From: Veleropilina oligotropha
Taxonomy: Eukaryota
Assembly: GCA_048128005.1 (NCBI GenBank)
Contig: JBEUKZ010000013.1
Span: 62,001 to 126,000 of the forward strand
DNA: 64,000 nt
Direction of reading: 5' to 3'
Part shown: positions 45,771 through 59,878 of the stretch, piece after piece
Numbering within the stretch: the first letter of the stretch is position 1
Layout of the letters: every line of letters starts with the position of its first letter
Translations under genes and position numbers: made by a program
Notes under the pieces: model-generated
The model's database searches: none
What the model was told of the DNA's origin: nothing
What the model saw: the letters and a program-made list of their open reading frames with translations, nothing else

Positions 45771-47239
45771 TGTTTTGCATTGATTTGTAGTAATAGTGAC
45801 TAATGCTACTCCGTAATAATGATTTTTTGTAATTACTCGATTCCAAAAGCGTCATTCTTCTACTTTAATGTTTGAAATTGTGTTGGTGAACTCGCACAAA
45901 TAATTATTACAATTCAAAATATATTGCTTTCTTCATGGTTAATCCAAGGTCATAGAATATTATATATTACTGTGATTGCTTGTAAGAACTCCAGACATTT
46001 TAATTAATGTATGGCTACTAGATAATTGTACAATATGTCATGCGAGCCATATCACGGCTTCGGCGTTCTAGTTTCATTATAATGTTTGCGTTTATTTAAC
46101 CTTTCCTTTGTTACGTGAGTGTAATGTCGGAATAGATTCGTCGTACTTTATTATGCCATTAGATATTATATTTGTATGCATTGTGTCAACATTCTTAAAC
46201 ATATAGAATCTTCGGCTGTCTGGCCGTCTTGGATGCGAGTGAGCTAGAAAAGAATCGATGATTTAATGTCCTGTATATTCCCAACCATAATTTTGTTCAA
46301 AACAGGACTTGTCCATACTATTGCAGGAGGAAAGACTGGTCGCCCGGAGAAACTCGCCCTCCCCGACCAGTTACGGACAACTGTGACTCATAACTTGAAC
46401 AAATAATGCCATGTCCCAACCGAAGTTCGAACTCGCTACTGTTCACGCCAGCAGAATAAAGCCAGCTATTTTTATGAGTCTACAACGGAAACCACACAGC
46501 TATCGAAGCGGACACACAATATTCAGGACAAGCAGGCATACGCGGCAGAGTGGTCTTTCCCAGGTGATTGCATGTACATATAGTAACATGACACTAAATG
46601 GTGTCAAATCAAATCGTATATTATTCGAGTCCGTCCGTAAGTACGTCATTCCGTCCTTTCGTACGACCTTGTTAGCGCAAAATCTCAAGACAGAAAGAAA
46701 CTATTTTATTTTATTTGGACATTTCATAAACAAAACCAATTTAGAAATTGCTGTTGCGTCGTGCTAAAATGTTAAACTCTTCCAGGTTCCATACTACGAT
46801 ATAATTTTACATAGGTTTCAATGTTACTGAAATTTCGAATAAATCAATATTTCTGTTCTCGAGAGAGAATCACTGCCTGATATTATTAAAGCAGCCCTTC
46901 TGATTGAAGATAAAAGCAAATTAGGAAAATTTCCGTACTTCTCAAAGATTAGGCAGGAAGTTGATAAACGTTACTAAGAAATGAGCGTCAAATCGGCGTT
47001 CCGAAATCGGTCAATGACCACAGTCAGTAATTAATACATAAGTCATCCGTTTGCTGGATACACAATTCATTTATGTGTTTAGTTAGTAGGCACAATGCTT
47101 ATACCATATAAATATACTTCACATAATATTATCCAGTCAATGGGAGGTCAAACTTATAGAGGTCTGCAATCCGTTATCATGCTTCCATGGGCGTGGCCTG
47201 TACTCGTTATATTGGTGATATGAAACATATAATAATTAA

Positions 47240-48800
47240 ACCCCCGTGCTACGAAGTAGCTGGGGGTATATAGTGTTCCGTTCGTCTGTCCTGTCGTTCC
47301 GGCCTTCAGGTCATTCGACTTGGTCCGGAGCATATCTCTAAAACCGTATATGGTAGCGTCACGAAACTTCATACACTCATTAACTAGGTTAAGTACTTGT
47401 GCCTTTTTTCTATTTTCAGGTTTCTGATTTTTTTATTTTTGCAAAAAACGGCGGATATAAGATTGACATAGACTATAATGGAGGACGCTTATGTCCGGAG
47501 CATATCTCCTAAACCGTACATGCTACTTTCGCGAAACTTCATACACTCATTAACTAGGTTGAGTACTTGTGCCTTTTGCTATTTTAAGGTTTCTGACATT
47601 TTTATTTTTACAAAAAATGGCGGATATAAGATTGACATAGACTACAATGGAGGACGCTTTTGTCCGGAGAATATCTCCAAAACCGTAAATGCTAGCTTCA
47701 CGACACTTCATACACTCATTAACTAGGTTGAGTACTTGTGCATTTTGCTATGTTCAGTTTTCTGAAATTTTTATTTTTACAAAAAATGGCGGATATAAGA
47801 TTCACATAGACTATAATGAAGGACGCCTTTGTCCGGAGCATATCTCCAAAACCGTACAGGCTAGCTTCACTTAACTTGGTATACACACTAACTAGGTTGA
47901 GTAGTTGTGCCTTTGCTATTTTCAGGTTTCTGAAATTTGTAATTAAAAAAAAATAGTTAGTGTAAGACTGACATAGACTAAAATGATTGGAGTGTGCGAC
48001 GATTTTGTCCGGAGCATACGTCCCAAACCATACAGGATAGCTTCACGAAACATGGTGTACACACACATTATCTAGGTTGAGTATTTTTGCCTTGTGATAT
48101 CTACAGGTTTCCGAAATTTAATTTAAAAAAAATTACGGATATAAGATTAACATAAACTATAATGGGCGACGCCCTTGTCCGAAGCATATCTTCCAATTGT
48201 ACATGCTAGATTCACGAAACTTGGTACGCACATTAATTAGGTAGAGTAGTTGTGCCTTTTGCTAATTTCAGGTTTTATAATTTTTATTTTTTTTAAAAAG
48301 TTCCTGATGTAAGATTGACATTGACTACACAGAACTAATGCACCGAATGGGGTATGCGACGCTTTTGTCTGGATCATATCTCCCAAATATTACTGAATAG
48401 CTTCACGAAACATGGTACACACATTAATTAGGTTGAGTACTTGTGCCTTTTGCTAGTTTCAGAAAAACATTATTTAAAATAATAGCGGATATTAGTTTGA
48501 CTATAATGGGCGCCGCCTTTGTCCAGAGCATATCTGCCAAACCGTACACGCTTGCATATCAAAACTTGGTACAAACATGAACTAAGTTAATTGATTATGC
48601 CTTCTGTTATTTTAAGGCTTCTGAAATTTGTATTTTTACAAAAATGGCCGATATAAGATTGACATATACTATAATGAGAGACACTTCTGACTGAATCATA
48701 TCTCCCAAATCATACAGGATAGCTTCACGAGGTTGAGTAGTTATGCTTTTGCTACTTTTACATTTCTGAAATATATATGTTTTTAAACTTGCAGATATAA
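47240..48800 (+). repeat. Tandem array of ~165-bp units (about 9) in a Helentron/DINE-like element
   Basis: Repeated gtccggagcatatctc..aaaccgtaca..gcttcacgaaactt..actaggttgagtacttgtgcc..ggatataagattgacatagactataatg; 5' hairpin cccc..gctacgaagtagc..gggg. Confidence 0.85.
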
Positions 48801-49469
48801 TTAATATTGGCCTGGATTACAATGATCAAAAACACCGAACAGAGTATGCAAAATATTTTTTTCTAATTATGAATTGGAGTATTTAAAATTTAATATTTGA
48901 AGTGTAACTTTATTTCTTTTGTTTACTTATGTAAATATTATGTATGTATGATGCAAGGGATGTGCTTATATGTAAGGCTTGCTCACCATGATTAAGTACA
49001 GTAAGCTGTTAAGCTTATTCGTCACTCTGTGTAACTATTTATAATGAGCCACGTTCTCCTTGAGACAGCTCGAGAATCATGAACAGGGCGCCTTTGGGTC
49101 AATTGCTTACTTACACCAGACTGCAGTCACCTCAGCGTGTGAGCTAAAATAGAAGTGATTGCCGCTTACATGTATATGTCTTGAAAATAATGTCATATTT
49201 CTTTGCATCGTGTAAGTTACATTACGCCATATATATTTGATATGGCATCATTGCATGTTACTTGAATAATTACTACAAAAAATACTGAGCGGAGAACATG
49301 CTTGTCGTCGTCAAGTTTGGATGAAAACCTATATCAGAAATAACAATTATACCAGTAAATCATAATTGTTTTAGCAGATGGCAAAGTGAGTATTATCACA
49401 TCATCTCTGCAATACCCAGTCGCTGTCAATAGACACTTTGTTCAAAGAGGAAGAACACAACTCAGAGAT

Positions 49470-52270
49470 GAGACGGTTTGTTTTCGCTCATGTAGATTTG
49501 ACTTGATCCATGTAAGCGCCGAATGCTTGATTCCAAAGTAGGAGTTCAGGCGATTAAACATAATGTTGTGGTCATTTGTATTGAAAGCTACACATAGGTC
49601 AAGTAAGGCGAGAGCAACCATTGATTTCTGATGAAGGGATTGAAGGATGCCATTCTGGACCTTTAAAAGGGCTGTTTCTGTGGAGTGAAACATGCGATAC
49701 GCTGATTGGTATTTGTCCAAAAGCATGTGATTTTTCAAGTGATAATTTAGTCGAATTGCTACAACACGTTCCACAAGTTTCGAAACAAAGCTTATATTAG
49801 AAACCAGTCGATAATTTTTCTGATTGTTTTGATCCAAATTGGCCTTTTTTCAGAAAGGGCTTTACCAATGCGCTCTTGAAATGTTCTGGAACTTCTGCAT
49901 TGGATAATGACATGTTGACAAGCCGTGTCAAAATTGGCAACAATTCATCTGAACATGATTTCATCATCCATGATGGTAGAGGTTCGAGTGCGCACGTAGA
50001 TGATGATGTCCTCATAATGATCGACTTAATTTCGTCATTCGTTTCCGATTCAAACGTCGAGAGTTGAATGTCATTACGATTCGAATCTAAAGCTTCATAA
50101 ATTTCATCTGTTGTTGATTGCATTTGCGATAACGAAATTGTGTTTCGTATTTTGATTATTTTATCAACAAAGAAGTCGCTAAATTAGTGGGAAGTGATTC
50201 CTCTTGATAATCAGTTGGCAGTGGAGTTGACTTATTCCATTGTAACCGATCTTTAGCGACATTAAAGAGCTTCTTTTGATCATCTTTGGAGCTAATGACT
50301 TTGTTTGAGAAAAATTCAGTTTTAGCCTCCGTGAGCAGATGGTTCACCAACTTGCACTGCTTCTTATATGCATCATGATCGGTGAGTTTGCCAGACTTAT
50401 TCCAGCGGCGTCGAATTACTTTAGCTTGGCGGAGGTTGGCATTGTATCATTGTGTACTTTGTCTTATGATGACTGTTTTGGTGATCTCCGGACCATGGTT
50501 GTCAATGACGTGTTTAATATTGTTGTTTTATTATATGCCAGTCGTTTTATGACGCCTATTCTCGCGCAGTTTTCCGAGACCCTGTATCACGGACACAGCT
50601 GATATCGATTCAGAAAACGTCTCCTGCTTATATATTCACAGGAAAATGTCTCCTGCTTATATACAGTATTCAAATTGGCTGACAAATCGTAGGAACTACT
50701 TCAATATAGTCCTATACTATTTCAAGTTCCCTTACAGATTCGTGACTAAAATTACCATAATCTTTCGATTCAATTTAATAAGAAACTTGTTGTGGCATAT
50801 AATAAAAATGATATCCGTTATTGTGTGGATTCTGGCACATCGGAAACCTGTCGTGACGTCGTAGTTTTGCGGCGGATAAATATAATTATATTTATCGACC
50901 AACTGTGACATGTCCATTTCTTGTGTCAAGACGATATGCGATCATTCCGTTTTGAACTCATTAATGTCCACATCTTTGAGTTTACGGTAGCGAATTTGTT
51001 TCGACTCTGGTGCTGGTCTTTCTATTTACAATTCAAATAAGATTAGAAACTGATCCGATACCTGGCAATCCACAGTTTTAGTACTTAGTGGAAAAATTGC
51101 GTTGTCTTGTGAAATGATCACACTGTTGAGTATGTGATTACTTTTATGCGTTGGCTATTTAACAATTTGTTTGAGTCCGCACGATTCCAGTTGAGAGTTG
51201 AATTTAATCACATCTGGGTGTTCAACTTCATCCAAGTGTAGATTAACATCACCTCGTTGGAGGTTGGGGTGTTTACCAAACAAATTGAAAATTCATCTAG
51301 GAACCGAGCCGTATTTTTGCCATGTGGGTCTGGTCTTGCACACCGTGCAGATGAGAAATTGATTTGCCTCTTCTTGAAAGAGTCGCTTCAATAACTTCGA
51401 AGGTATTGTACTTATTCAATGTTAATACCTTTATTTTGAGATTTGAGCGATGAAGAACAGCAACCCCACCTCCCTTTCTCGCCTTTCTTGGAATATGCTT
51501 AAACGTGAAGCCCTTGGGGGTGAGTTGAGCTGTGACGGCATCATCATCGTCATGCCCGAGCCATGTTTCGGTGAGAAAAAATATACCAATATTTTTGTCA
51601 CTTACTAAATCATGTATAACATCCACGTTATTTCTAACCGACCTGGTATTTAAAACGCTGAAATCTATAAATTCGTGGGCAAATGGTTGGGATAATATTT
51701 ACATTTGTTAATGCTATCTTTCTTTTCGGACAGGTATAAGATATTTCATCTCTTGTGGATACAATCTTGGGAATAGGGAATTGCCAAATATTAAGCTGCA
51801 ATAAAATTGTCCTTAATTTCCTCTTTGGTCTGAGGGAGGGTGTTATCAACTGTCTCAGTGTTTCAGAACTGTACTGAAGTTGATTTTCCATTGATCATCT
51901 CGGTACACAACAACAGAGTACCCCGGTATGCATTGTATTGCAGGACAATGAAGAGATACAAATGTGTTGAAGCTATAATCAGCAAGAGACAACTTCCTGA
52001 AAGAACAAAGGCTTAGTAGGTCTAATGATCACAACTCGCTGGTCATGGTTGAACAATTTTCACAAGCTGAAATAAGATATATTTAACTAATATAGTAGGC
52101 CTATAAAACAAACTATTTTGATAAAAATATTAACTTATACTTAGCTGAATTTTATGAATATAGTAGTACTTGATCCAGCTCTACTTCATATTTCTTGTAG
52201 TATAATTTTGAGAAGAAATGGAAAAGTATTAGTTGATAAACTTTGGATTTAACACAGAGCAGAAAAAGAC
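49470..52270 (-). mobile_element. Degenerate L2 LINE (5' region, endonuclease, RT N-half), same family as 59879-62331, with an unrelated insert at ~50530-50885
   Basis: LTETWL and GGGVAVLH endonuclease motifs. Fragments near-identical to the + strand copy (MQSTTDEIYE, QSAYRMFHSTETALLKV). Frameshifts. Confidence 0.9.
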
Positions 52271-52393
52271 GTCTTCGCTCTGCAAGCCTTCCTGTATTTA
52301 GGATAACGCGTGTGTAGAAAATAATGAATTATCAACAAAATCTTATAAGCCTACCATATATTTTTTGAAGCAGAACAGGAAGCAGGCATATTA

Positions 52394-53241
52394 TATGGCG
52401 CGGAATCAGTGTCAAAATTATTGATTTTTAGCCATGGCATAAATATTTCCGCCATGGCTGAATTCGATTTAAGCCATGGCTGAAATAATTTAGCCGCGGC
52501 TGAAATAATTTAGCAATGGCTGAAATAATGCAGCCATGGCTGAAATCGAATTCAGCCATGGCTGAAATATTTATGCCATGGCTAAAATAATTTAGCCATG
52601 GCAAAATTAACTCATATCATTTTTAACAACCAATAGCAAGCAAGCTACTATCGGGCTATCGATCATCGCAAAGATGCACGTAACTGTATATTTAATTATT
52701 AAATGTACGTAGGCTCATTTTCCAAGACTACGGCACAAAAACAAAACAGCAAGAGAGTTTCTATTCTACTGTGTTTTCTGGTCTTAGAATGTACAGAAAC
52801 TGATCAAATTGTTTCACACTAATAATATTGTGATAATTAAGGCAGTGAGTTGACCAAATGGTCATGGTCCAGCTATAGTGGCAGAATTTCCCATTAAGGT
52901 CATTACCACCAGACTAACGGTCACTATACACACATCGGACTCTAGAGCTGTGTTGGTAATTCTACGACAGCTAGTGCCTTGCTTGAAACGCCAATTTTGA
53001 TTGGACAGACAAACTTTATTTCAGCAATGGCTTAAATAGTTCATATTATTTTAGCCATGGCTAAATTATTTCTGCAATGGCTGAATCATTTTTGCCATGG
53101 CTAAATGATTTCAGCCATTGCTAAATTATTTCAGCCATGGCTGAAATCGAATTCAGCCATGGCAGAAATCGAATTCAGCCATGGCTGAAATATTTATGCC
53201 ATGGCTAAAATCAATAATTTTGACACTGATTCCGCGCCATA
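52394..53241. mobile_element. Foldback-type MITE with long TIRs built from ~20-bp agccatggct-core repeats
   Basis: tatggcgcggaatcagtgtcaaaattattgatttt is inverted at 53207-53241; about 10 palindromic-core subrepeats per arm. Confidence 0.88.
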
Positions 53242-54432
53242 ATATTCTGTGGTTGATTTAGTCAAAATACCACATCGTTCGGTTATGGGAAATATTATGG
53301 TCGGTTATGGGTAATATCATATTTTATTTATTTACCAAGAGTGTCAAGCACGACATGCGCATAGTGCCTATCATAAAAATCAAATTCTGCTCCAGTTTTA
53401 TAATGTCCAAATCTCGGATAACGTTATCGTAAATGTGACGTCATCGCCGTTCAAGCTACATTTCAAATGCGGTCGAATGTCGTCTTAGATTAAATAATAT
53501 TTTATTGAATCACAATATATACATACAGACAATACATTTGACAAAGTGTTAATAAATGCACAGATGGATCAAATACATGGCTGTATGGGTACAAGAATCG
53601 TGTGCGACGATTGGACAACAGGACAAGCCTATGTAAGTCTTCTCGCCCAGTTCGGCAAGTACACAGCATAGACAGAGTTATTAAAACATTATACAAGATT
53701 AATTAACTAGATAAACAATAAGTTTGAGCATAATCAATAATTTAAACATAACACAACTATTTATTGAGTGTTGGTGTTCCACAATGCATTAATCGGAATG
53801 ATTTGCTTGGAAGATTTAAACGTGATTTCATTCCAAACATATACATATAGGCCTTTGGCCGAGCTGTGTTACTGTGACCAAGTGCCGCAGTGTAAGGGGT
53901 GAAGGGGATATCTCAATGTAAATTAAGATTAGGTAGTTGTGAACTCATAAAGTCAATGTTTTCCCTAAAATATGTGGTCACTAAAAAATTAAAATCATTT
54001 TAAATCAGTTATTTTTCTTGTCAAATTGACCAATCAGAATGAAGCATTTCCATTCAGTCCGGTCCTGAAACTTACCATAGACGCTGTTTAGCTGTATATC
54101 AGAATTTCCTGACGCTGGGTCACACTAACAAACGCATGGGAGTTAAAATGTATATGTATATCGTTACCAAGACCATGTATTCCTTAAAAATAATGATTAT
54201 TTCAGTATAAAAATAGTTGAAATAATGTATATTTACTTTAAATAAAAAAATGCTATATTTTTTTGAATTAACCCATTTCTTCCTGTTCAATCTCCCGTAA
54301 CGCCAGCGAGGTACAATTTATATGTGGGCCTATAACATTACTAAGCCATATTTTCCTCTACTGTAACAGTAAAATTAGATTATATGTCATTAACATCCGA
54401 TATATGTATTAATAGGAGATTTTGACAAGAAG

Positions 54433-54797
54433 CAGGCGCGGATCCAGGAATTTTGTTTAGGGGGGGGGGGCGCTGCATTTACTATCAAATGTTCGCGTTG
54501 AAACCCCCTCTCCTGCACTCTGACAGGGCAAAAGCGATATTTCATTCTAACTTTTTATGAACAACCGTCACTCAAATAGCAAGCGTCAAATTTATATTTT
54601 ATTTTGTCATAATCGAATTGTCCGCGTGGGGGTCGGCGCCCCCCGCGCAAGAAAATTTTGACAATTAACGGTGTGAAATCCCCCCCCCCCCCCTCCTGCA
54701 TTATTCCTATGCAAAAGCTAATAGAAATACAATTCAACTTTAGTATTTTGGGGTAGGCTTATTTGTAATGCCCCCCCTCCCCCTGGATCCGCGCCTG
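54433..54797. mobile_element. MITE with CAGGCGCGGATCCAG termini
   Basis: Inverted termini; flanking direct repeat AGAAG. Related element at 55031-55318 and a remnant at ~880-946. Confidence 0.7.
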
Positions 54798-57700
54798 AGA
54801 AGTGCATTGTGGCGCGTTGCCACGCATCATGGTACAAATACTGTGGAAGATAACTCTCTAATTCATTTGATCTGTTTCGTGCCCTCTACCTGTGGCATCA
54901 ATGACCTGAGGGGTCATTTGATCTCCCTCCCCCTAGATCCGCGCCTGAGAAGTGCATTGTGGCGCGTTACCACGCATCATGTTACAAATACTGTGGAAGA
55001 CAACTCTCTAGTTCATTTGATCTGTTTCATCAGGGGCGGATCCAGAGGGGGTCGCCCCCCCCCCCATGGCGGACCCAGTGCCCTTTTGCCTCGTCCATTA
55101 AAAAACTCAATGTGTTAGATTGTGGAAAAAATGATAAATTACTCATACATTTTAGTGAAAATGGTTAATAAATGTTGGTAAGAAATATCGCTTTTGTCCT
55201 GTCAAAGTGCAGGAGATGAGGTTTCTAGCTGTTGATTGTCAAAATTTTCTAACATTTGATAGTATATTTTAGGAAAGTTGGACGCCCCGCTTTTATCAAA
55301 ATCCTGGATCCGCCCCTGTGTTTGTTCAGATATCGCAGATGGATGGACGGATGCTAAATGTCCTGTATATTTACAACTATCAGATTCAATGGTTGGACAT
55401 GTCCATATTATATGGTGGGTGGAAAGCCCGAAGAAACCCACCCTCTAAGGCTAGTTACAGACAACTGTGATTGATAACTGAACAAGGAATGTTAATGTGT
55501 CAGCCGAGATTCAAACAAAGTTCTGTTTGTTAGCGCCATCTAGCCAGTGATTTCAGATTCGGCACTCAATACTACACGACTACGGGGCGGCCAGATATCA
55601 TAGAGAAAAGACTCATTGAGAATGGTGATATATTGAAAATAACCACTCTAGCAAATAATCTTTTCTTTGAAACAGTGGTTGATACAGAAAGAATTGTGAC
55701 AACTGTTCATCAAAAACTTCAGTATAGGCATGATTTCGACATAACTACCCTAATCTGAAATTTATTCCACGAATATCAAAATGTTGTCACAACATCGTGT
55801 CAATGGCTTCATTTATCAACATACATGTACATATACTATTATATTGTATGTATATTCTTAGAAACTAATAGTAGTTTATATCAAAAGAGTTGTCTTTAAT
55901 GTTTAAAAAAATGATTAATTTTACTTAAATTGACCAGTTTATAACTGATAGAAGGCGCATAACATTGGGAGAGTCGATACAATATCAACCCGTTTTGCTA
56001 TAATTGATCACACATCAGGAGTAATGACTCCACCTCGCATCTGTCATCACTAATTACAATATATTTTCACAGGTTAAGGGCAGCAATAGTAGTAATATAA
56101 ATCATGGCGCAACTAATAAAATGAAAAGGAAAGGATCGATGCTTAATGTACTGTATATTTCCAACCATCATTTGCTTCAAAGCAGGACATGTCCATATTA
56201 TCGCGGAGGAAAGCCCTGTCGCCCCTCCCTCTCCGACCAGTTACGGACAACTGTAATTCTTAACTTAAACAAATGTGTGATTCCTCTGCCGACGTTTGAC
56301 CCCACTACTAATAACATAAATAATAAATACATGATGGCATTATCATCATCCCGAACCTATGTGTTCACAAATGCTTTGATTTTTGCTCCGTTATAACAAT
56401 CTGCAGGTTCATACGAGGTCACGTCCATATTATCACTGGAGGAAAGCCCACCTCAAGACCAGTTTTGGACAACTGATAACTTTAATTCACTCTTGTAAGA
56501 GAGAGCAGTCAAGCCAATAAATTGAGAGCCCACAATCGTGTCAACTCACCCACCAGTACATCACGATATATAGCTCTGCTTTCATTACCAACTACTCCCT
56601 AGTTGATGCAAAGTGTACATGTTTAACATTATCCCGAGACAGCGAGTCGACATACCATGTGAGCAACATCAGACGAGATGAAGTTTATAAACATCTTACA
56701 ATAAGTTTGCCATTATCAACAATCAATTTATTATTTAAGCATATCAATAATGTCATATGTCTATACTTGTAGCATTATGTAATATCTTTATTCAAATTGC
56801 AAAGTAACCTGGATATTTTAAAAGATGATTGTCTACCGCATGTATATATACACGAAACAAATAGAAACATTTTTAACATACATAATTTACAAAAGTTTAG
56901 ATATCATAGATGGATGGATTGATGCGTATAATGTCCTGTAGATTTACAACCATCGGATTCAAGGCAGGACATGTCCATATTGTCTGTGCCCTATACCAGT
57001 TACCAAGTAATCATATAGTGTGACATGTTTTGTTATTAAACATCACGAGATGTCATTTTAACCCATGAAACGTCACCGATTTGCAATAATGGGAGAAAAA
57101 TTACGGTGAGATATGTAATCAAAATTTACTAATATTTCCTTTTATTATATTATTTTTAGATTAAATTGATATGTTATTTTATAGGCCGATGTCTTTCTAA
57201 TAAATTATTTGCTGCAATTATCTTAGTTAAATATCGCTTAGGGAAATCCACCCTCTTCGATCATGCAGTTACAGACTACTGTGATTCATAACTGAACAAA
57301 TAATGTCACGTTCATCAGTGAAGATACAACAAACATTATTTGTTTCACATATGCACGTATTAAAACAGCATTGAGAGATTATATTGTTTTGTGAGATAAT
57401 CCATGGCAATAGGCAGCTTTGCCAAATTTAGTATATATATAAATGGTGTCCTAAATATGCTTCCGTACAATGCAATACACATTGTTGTCGAATCTCAGCA
57501 ATTTTTGTATTATCATTCTTTGAAAAGAAAACTAACCGACTTACAATTTTCATTTCTAATATATATTTTGTAATATTCAACTTCCGTCAGTAATTTTCTA
57601 TCGTTTAAATTAATTGCTACTGAAGTTGAAAAAATAATTGAAAGTGATCCGCTTTTAACTACCTCGCACCGTGTGAAATATCCAATTGATCAAGATGAAG

Positions 57701-59878
57701 AAAAGTAGCGTAGGTTTAAACTCGTCAAGTAAGTTAGGTTTATATTTGACAATAATATATATTGCCTAGTTACAATTATAGTTCCAATAAAAATCTATCA
57801 TTTGATCATATATCGATCATACCACAGTGAAAATTGAATCAATCTGCGCGAACCGTGCGATAGAGGTCTTATGTCATGCTACACAGTCACGAATATACGA
57901 GCAATGGTCACTTTAACGTTAAATTGCTTCTTAGTGACCACATATATTTATAAAAGCATTGTTGTTTTTCAACAGGGAGATAATGGAGATACTTTTTCTG
58001 TAACGTTCCTGTATTCACCCCTTAGGCTGCAGCACTTCATCATTTAGGATGGCATATATTGGCTTCGGCCCACGGCCTAAAGCCAAACCAGGACAAAGAC
58101 ATCGCGGGATGAAATTCTTGTCCCCAGGAAAAAGCCGTATGTTGCCCAGTTATAGCCTACTGTGACTGTTAACTACACAAAACCCTTCTCGAATTTCTGT
58201 CTGCATTAGCATTGGGCAGCGGCTCCACAAAATTGGCAGAATTTGTAATCTTCTGAAATAGGTGTATTAACTTCAAGGCAGTGCATCGAAAATGTAGCTG
58301 ATAGGTGGAAAGCACGTGTCTGAAGGTATGTTGGTTTTTGTTTGTCGACTCTCGCTTTTTGCTTCTCGCTGCATGGTCACTGTTCACTTGTCATTGTTCG
58401 CATGTCACAACCGACGTTCCGTAGCTTGGAGATTGGTAGGATATAATATTATGTGTTACAAGTATCGCCGAAGAGGCCTTTATTATTTATCCAGATCACC
58501 GCATTGAAAAACATGGCGATGTCGAAGTATTGACACTGTAATATATTGATGTCGAAAAAGGTAATATTCAATGATTATGTCTTAATGAGCGTTAGATATG
58601 TCTTTACTATAGTTAACAGAGATGCATGTGATTAGGAAAGGGCGCCATATGTTGTTAAGTCGGCTCTTATAAATCGTAAAGACAACTATTACGGGGAAAT
58701 AACTCGAAACATCGGCTCTCAGTAATTTCGATCATTTGTATTTGGATGTCACAAATTGGTATAATTAATATGTTGTAGGTGCTACCTAGAAACGATCACT
58801 CAGATGTAACATATATATGCACATAATATGTTGTAGGTGCTACCTAGAAACGAGCACTCAGATATCACACAGTATATAATATATGTACATATAATTATTA
58901 AAACTAATTACAAAACCACTAATTAATAGAATGCCTTAGTTTCTTCTTCAATACTGTCCAACTAGTACATAAATAATTAATTTATATTGGCTCAACTTTG
59001 ACCGTTCCATTGATTCGATCGGTAAATAGACCGATCCATATGACGTCGTTAGCTCTGTCCACTTTTGCTCAGAAACTTTCTTAACGTTGCTAAGACGGCA
59101 TTCGACCGTAGCGCGATGACGTCACATTTACGCTAACCCGAGAAATGAAAATTTAAACTTCATAAGATTAAGAATTTATTATTTATGACAGGCGCTACAC
59201 ACCTGTCATAAGCATGTTTAATGTGCAAGCGCTTCACGCTTGTCACTCTTGACAAATAAAAAATATATATTCTCTCCCATAAACGAAAAGCTCCATGATT
59301 TTGCAAATCCAATCCCAGAATGCCTGAATTTCGGGTTTCCGTTTGTTTATATTCTAACAAAGGTAGGCCTATACGATTTTGTTGCGAATTAATTATTTTC
59401 TACACACATGTTAGCCTATAAGAGCTTGCACTTCGTGCTCGTTATAATTATTAAAACTAATTACAAAGTGTTAAAACTACTATTTTATTTAATATAATTC
59501 CTTCTTGTAACTAGTACATTGACAATTTGATTGGCTCAATGCATCTTGAACTTTGACCGTTCCGTGTTCTGGGTCCAGTTTCACCAAAAAACTTACATGC
59601 GGTCTTAGACGTAATATTGTTGTAATTCCAACTCGCGATCCAAAATGCGTTTCACAAAAAATCTTAAATATAATCTTATGACCGATATCGGTCGTATGGC
59701 TACGTCTGGGCATCAGCAGACGTAAGTCTATTTTCGACCGGTTTCCCCCACAATGCACCAGGAATCTATTCATATATTGAAAACAGTCATGTTGTAAGGT
59801 ATTTTTGAACGGAGTCAGCTTTAGATTAAAATATAGTTAAATAGTAACATAGTAATAGTAATAGTAATATAGTTAAAT

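Larger units (their letters stand above)
35466..46072 (+). mobile_element. Second Helentron-like non-autonomous element bracketing the DIRS and LTR insertions
   Basis: Heads at 35466 and ~36095 similar to those at 13557 and 14215; tail catgcgagcc...ctagt at 46039-46072. Confidence 0.5.
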
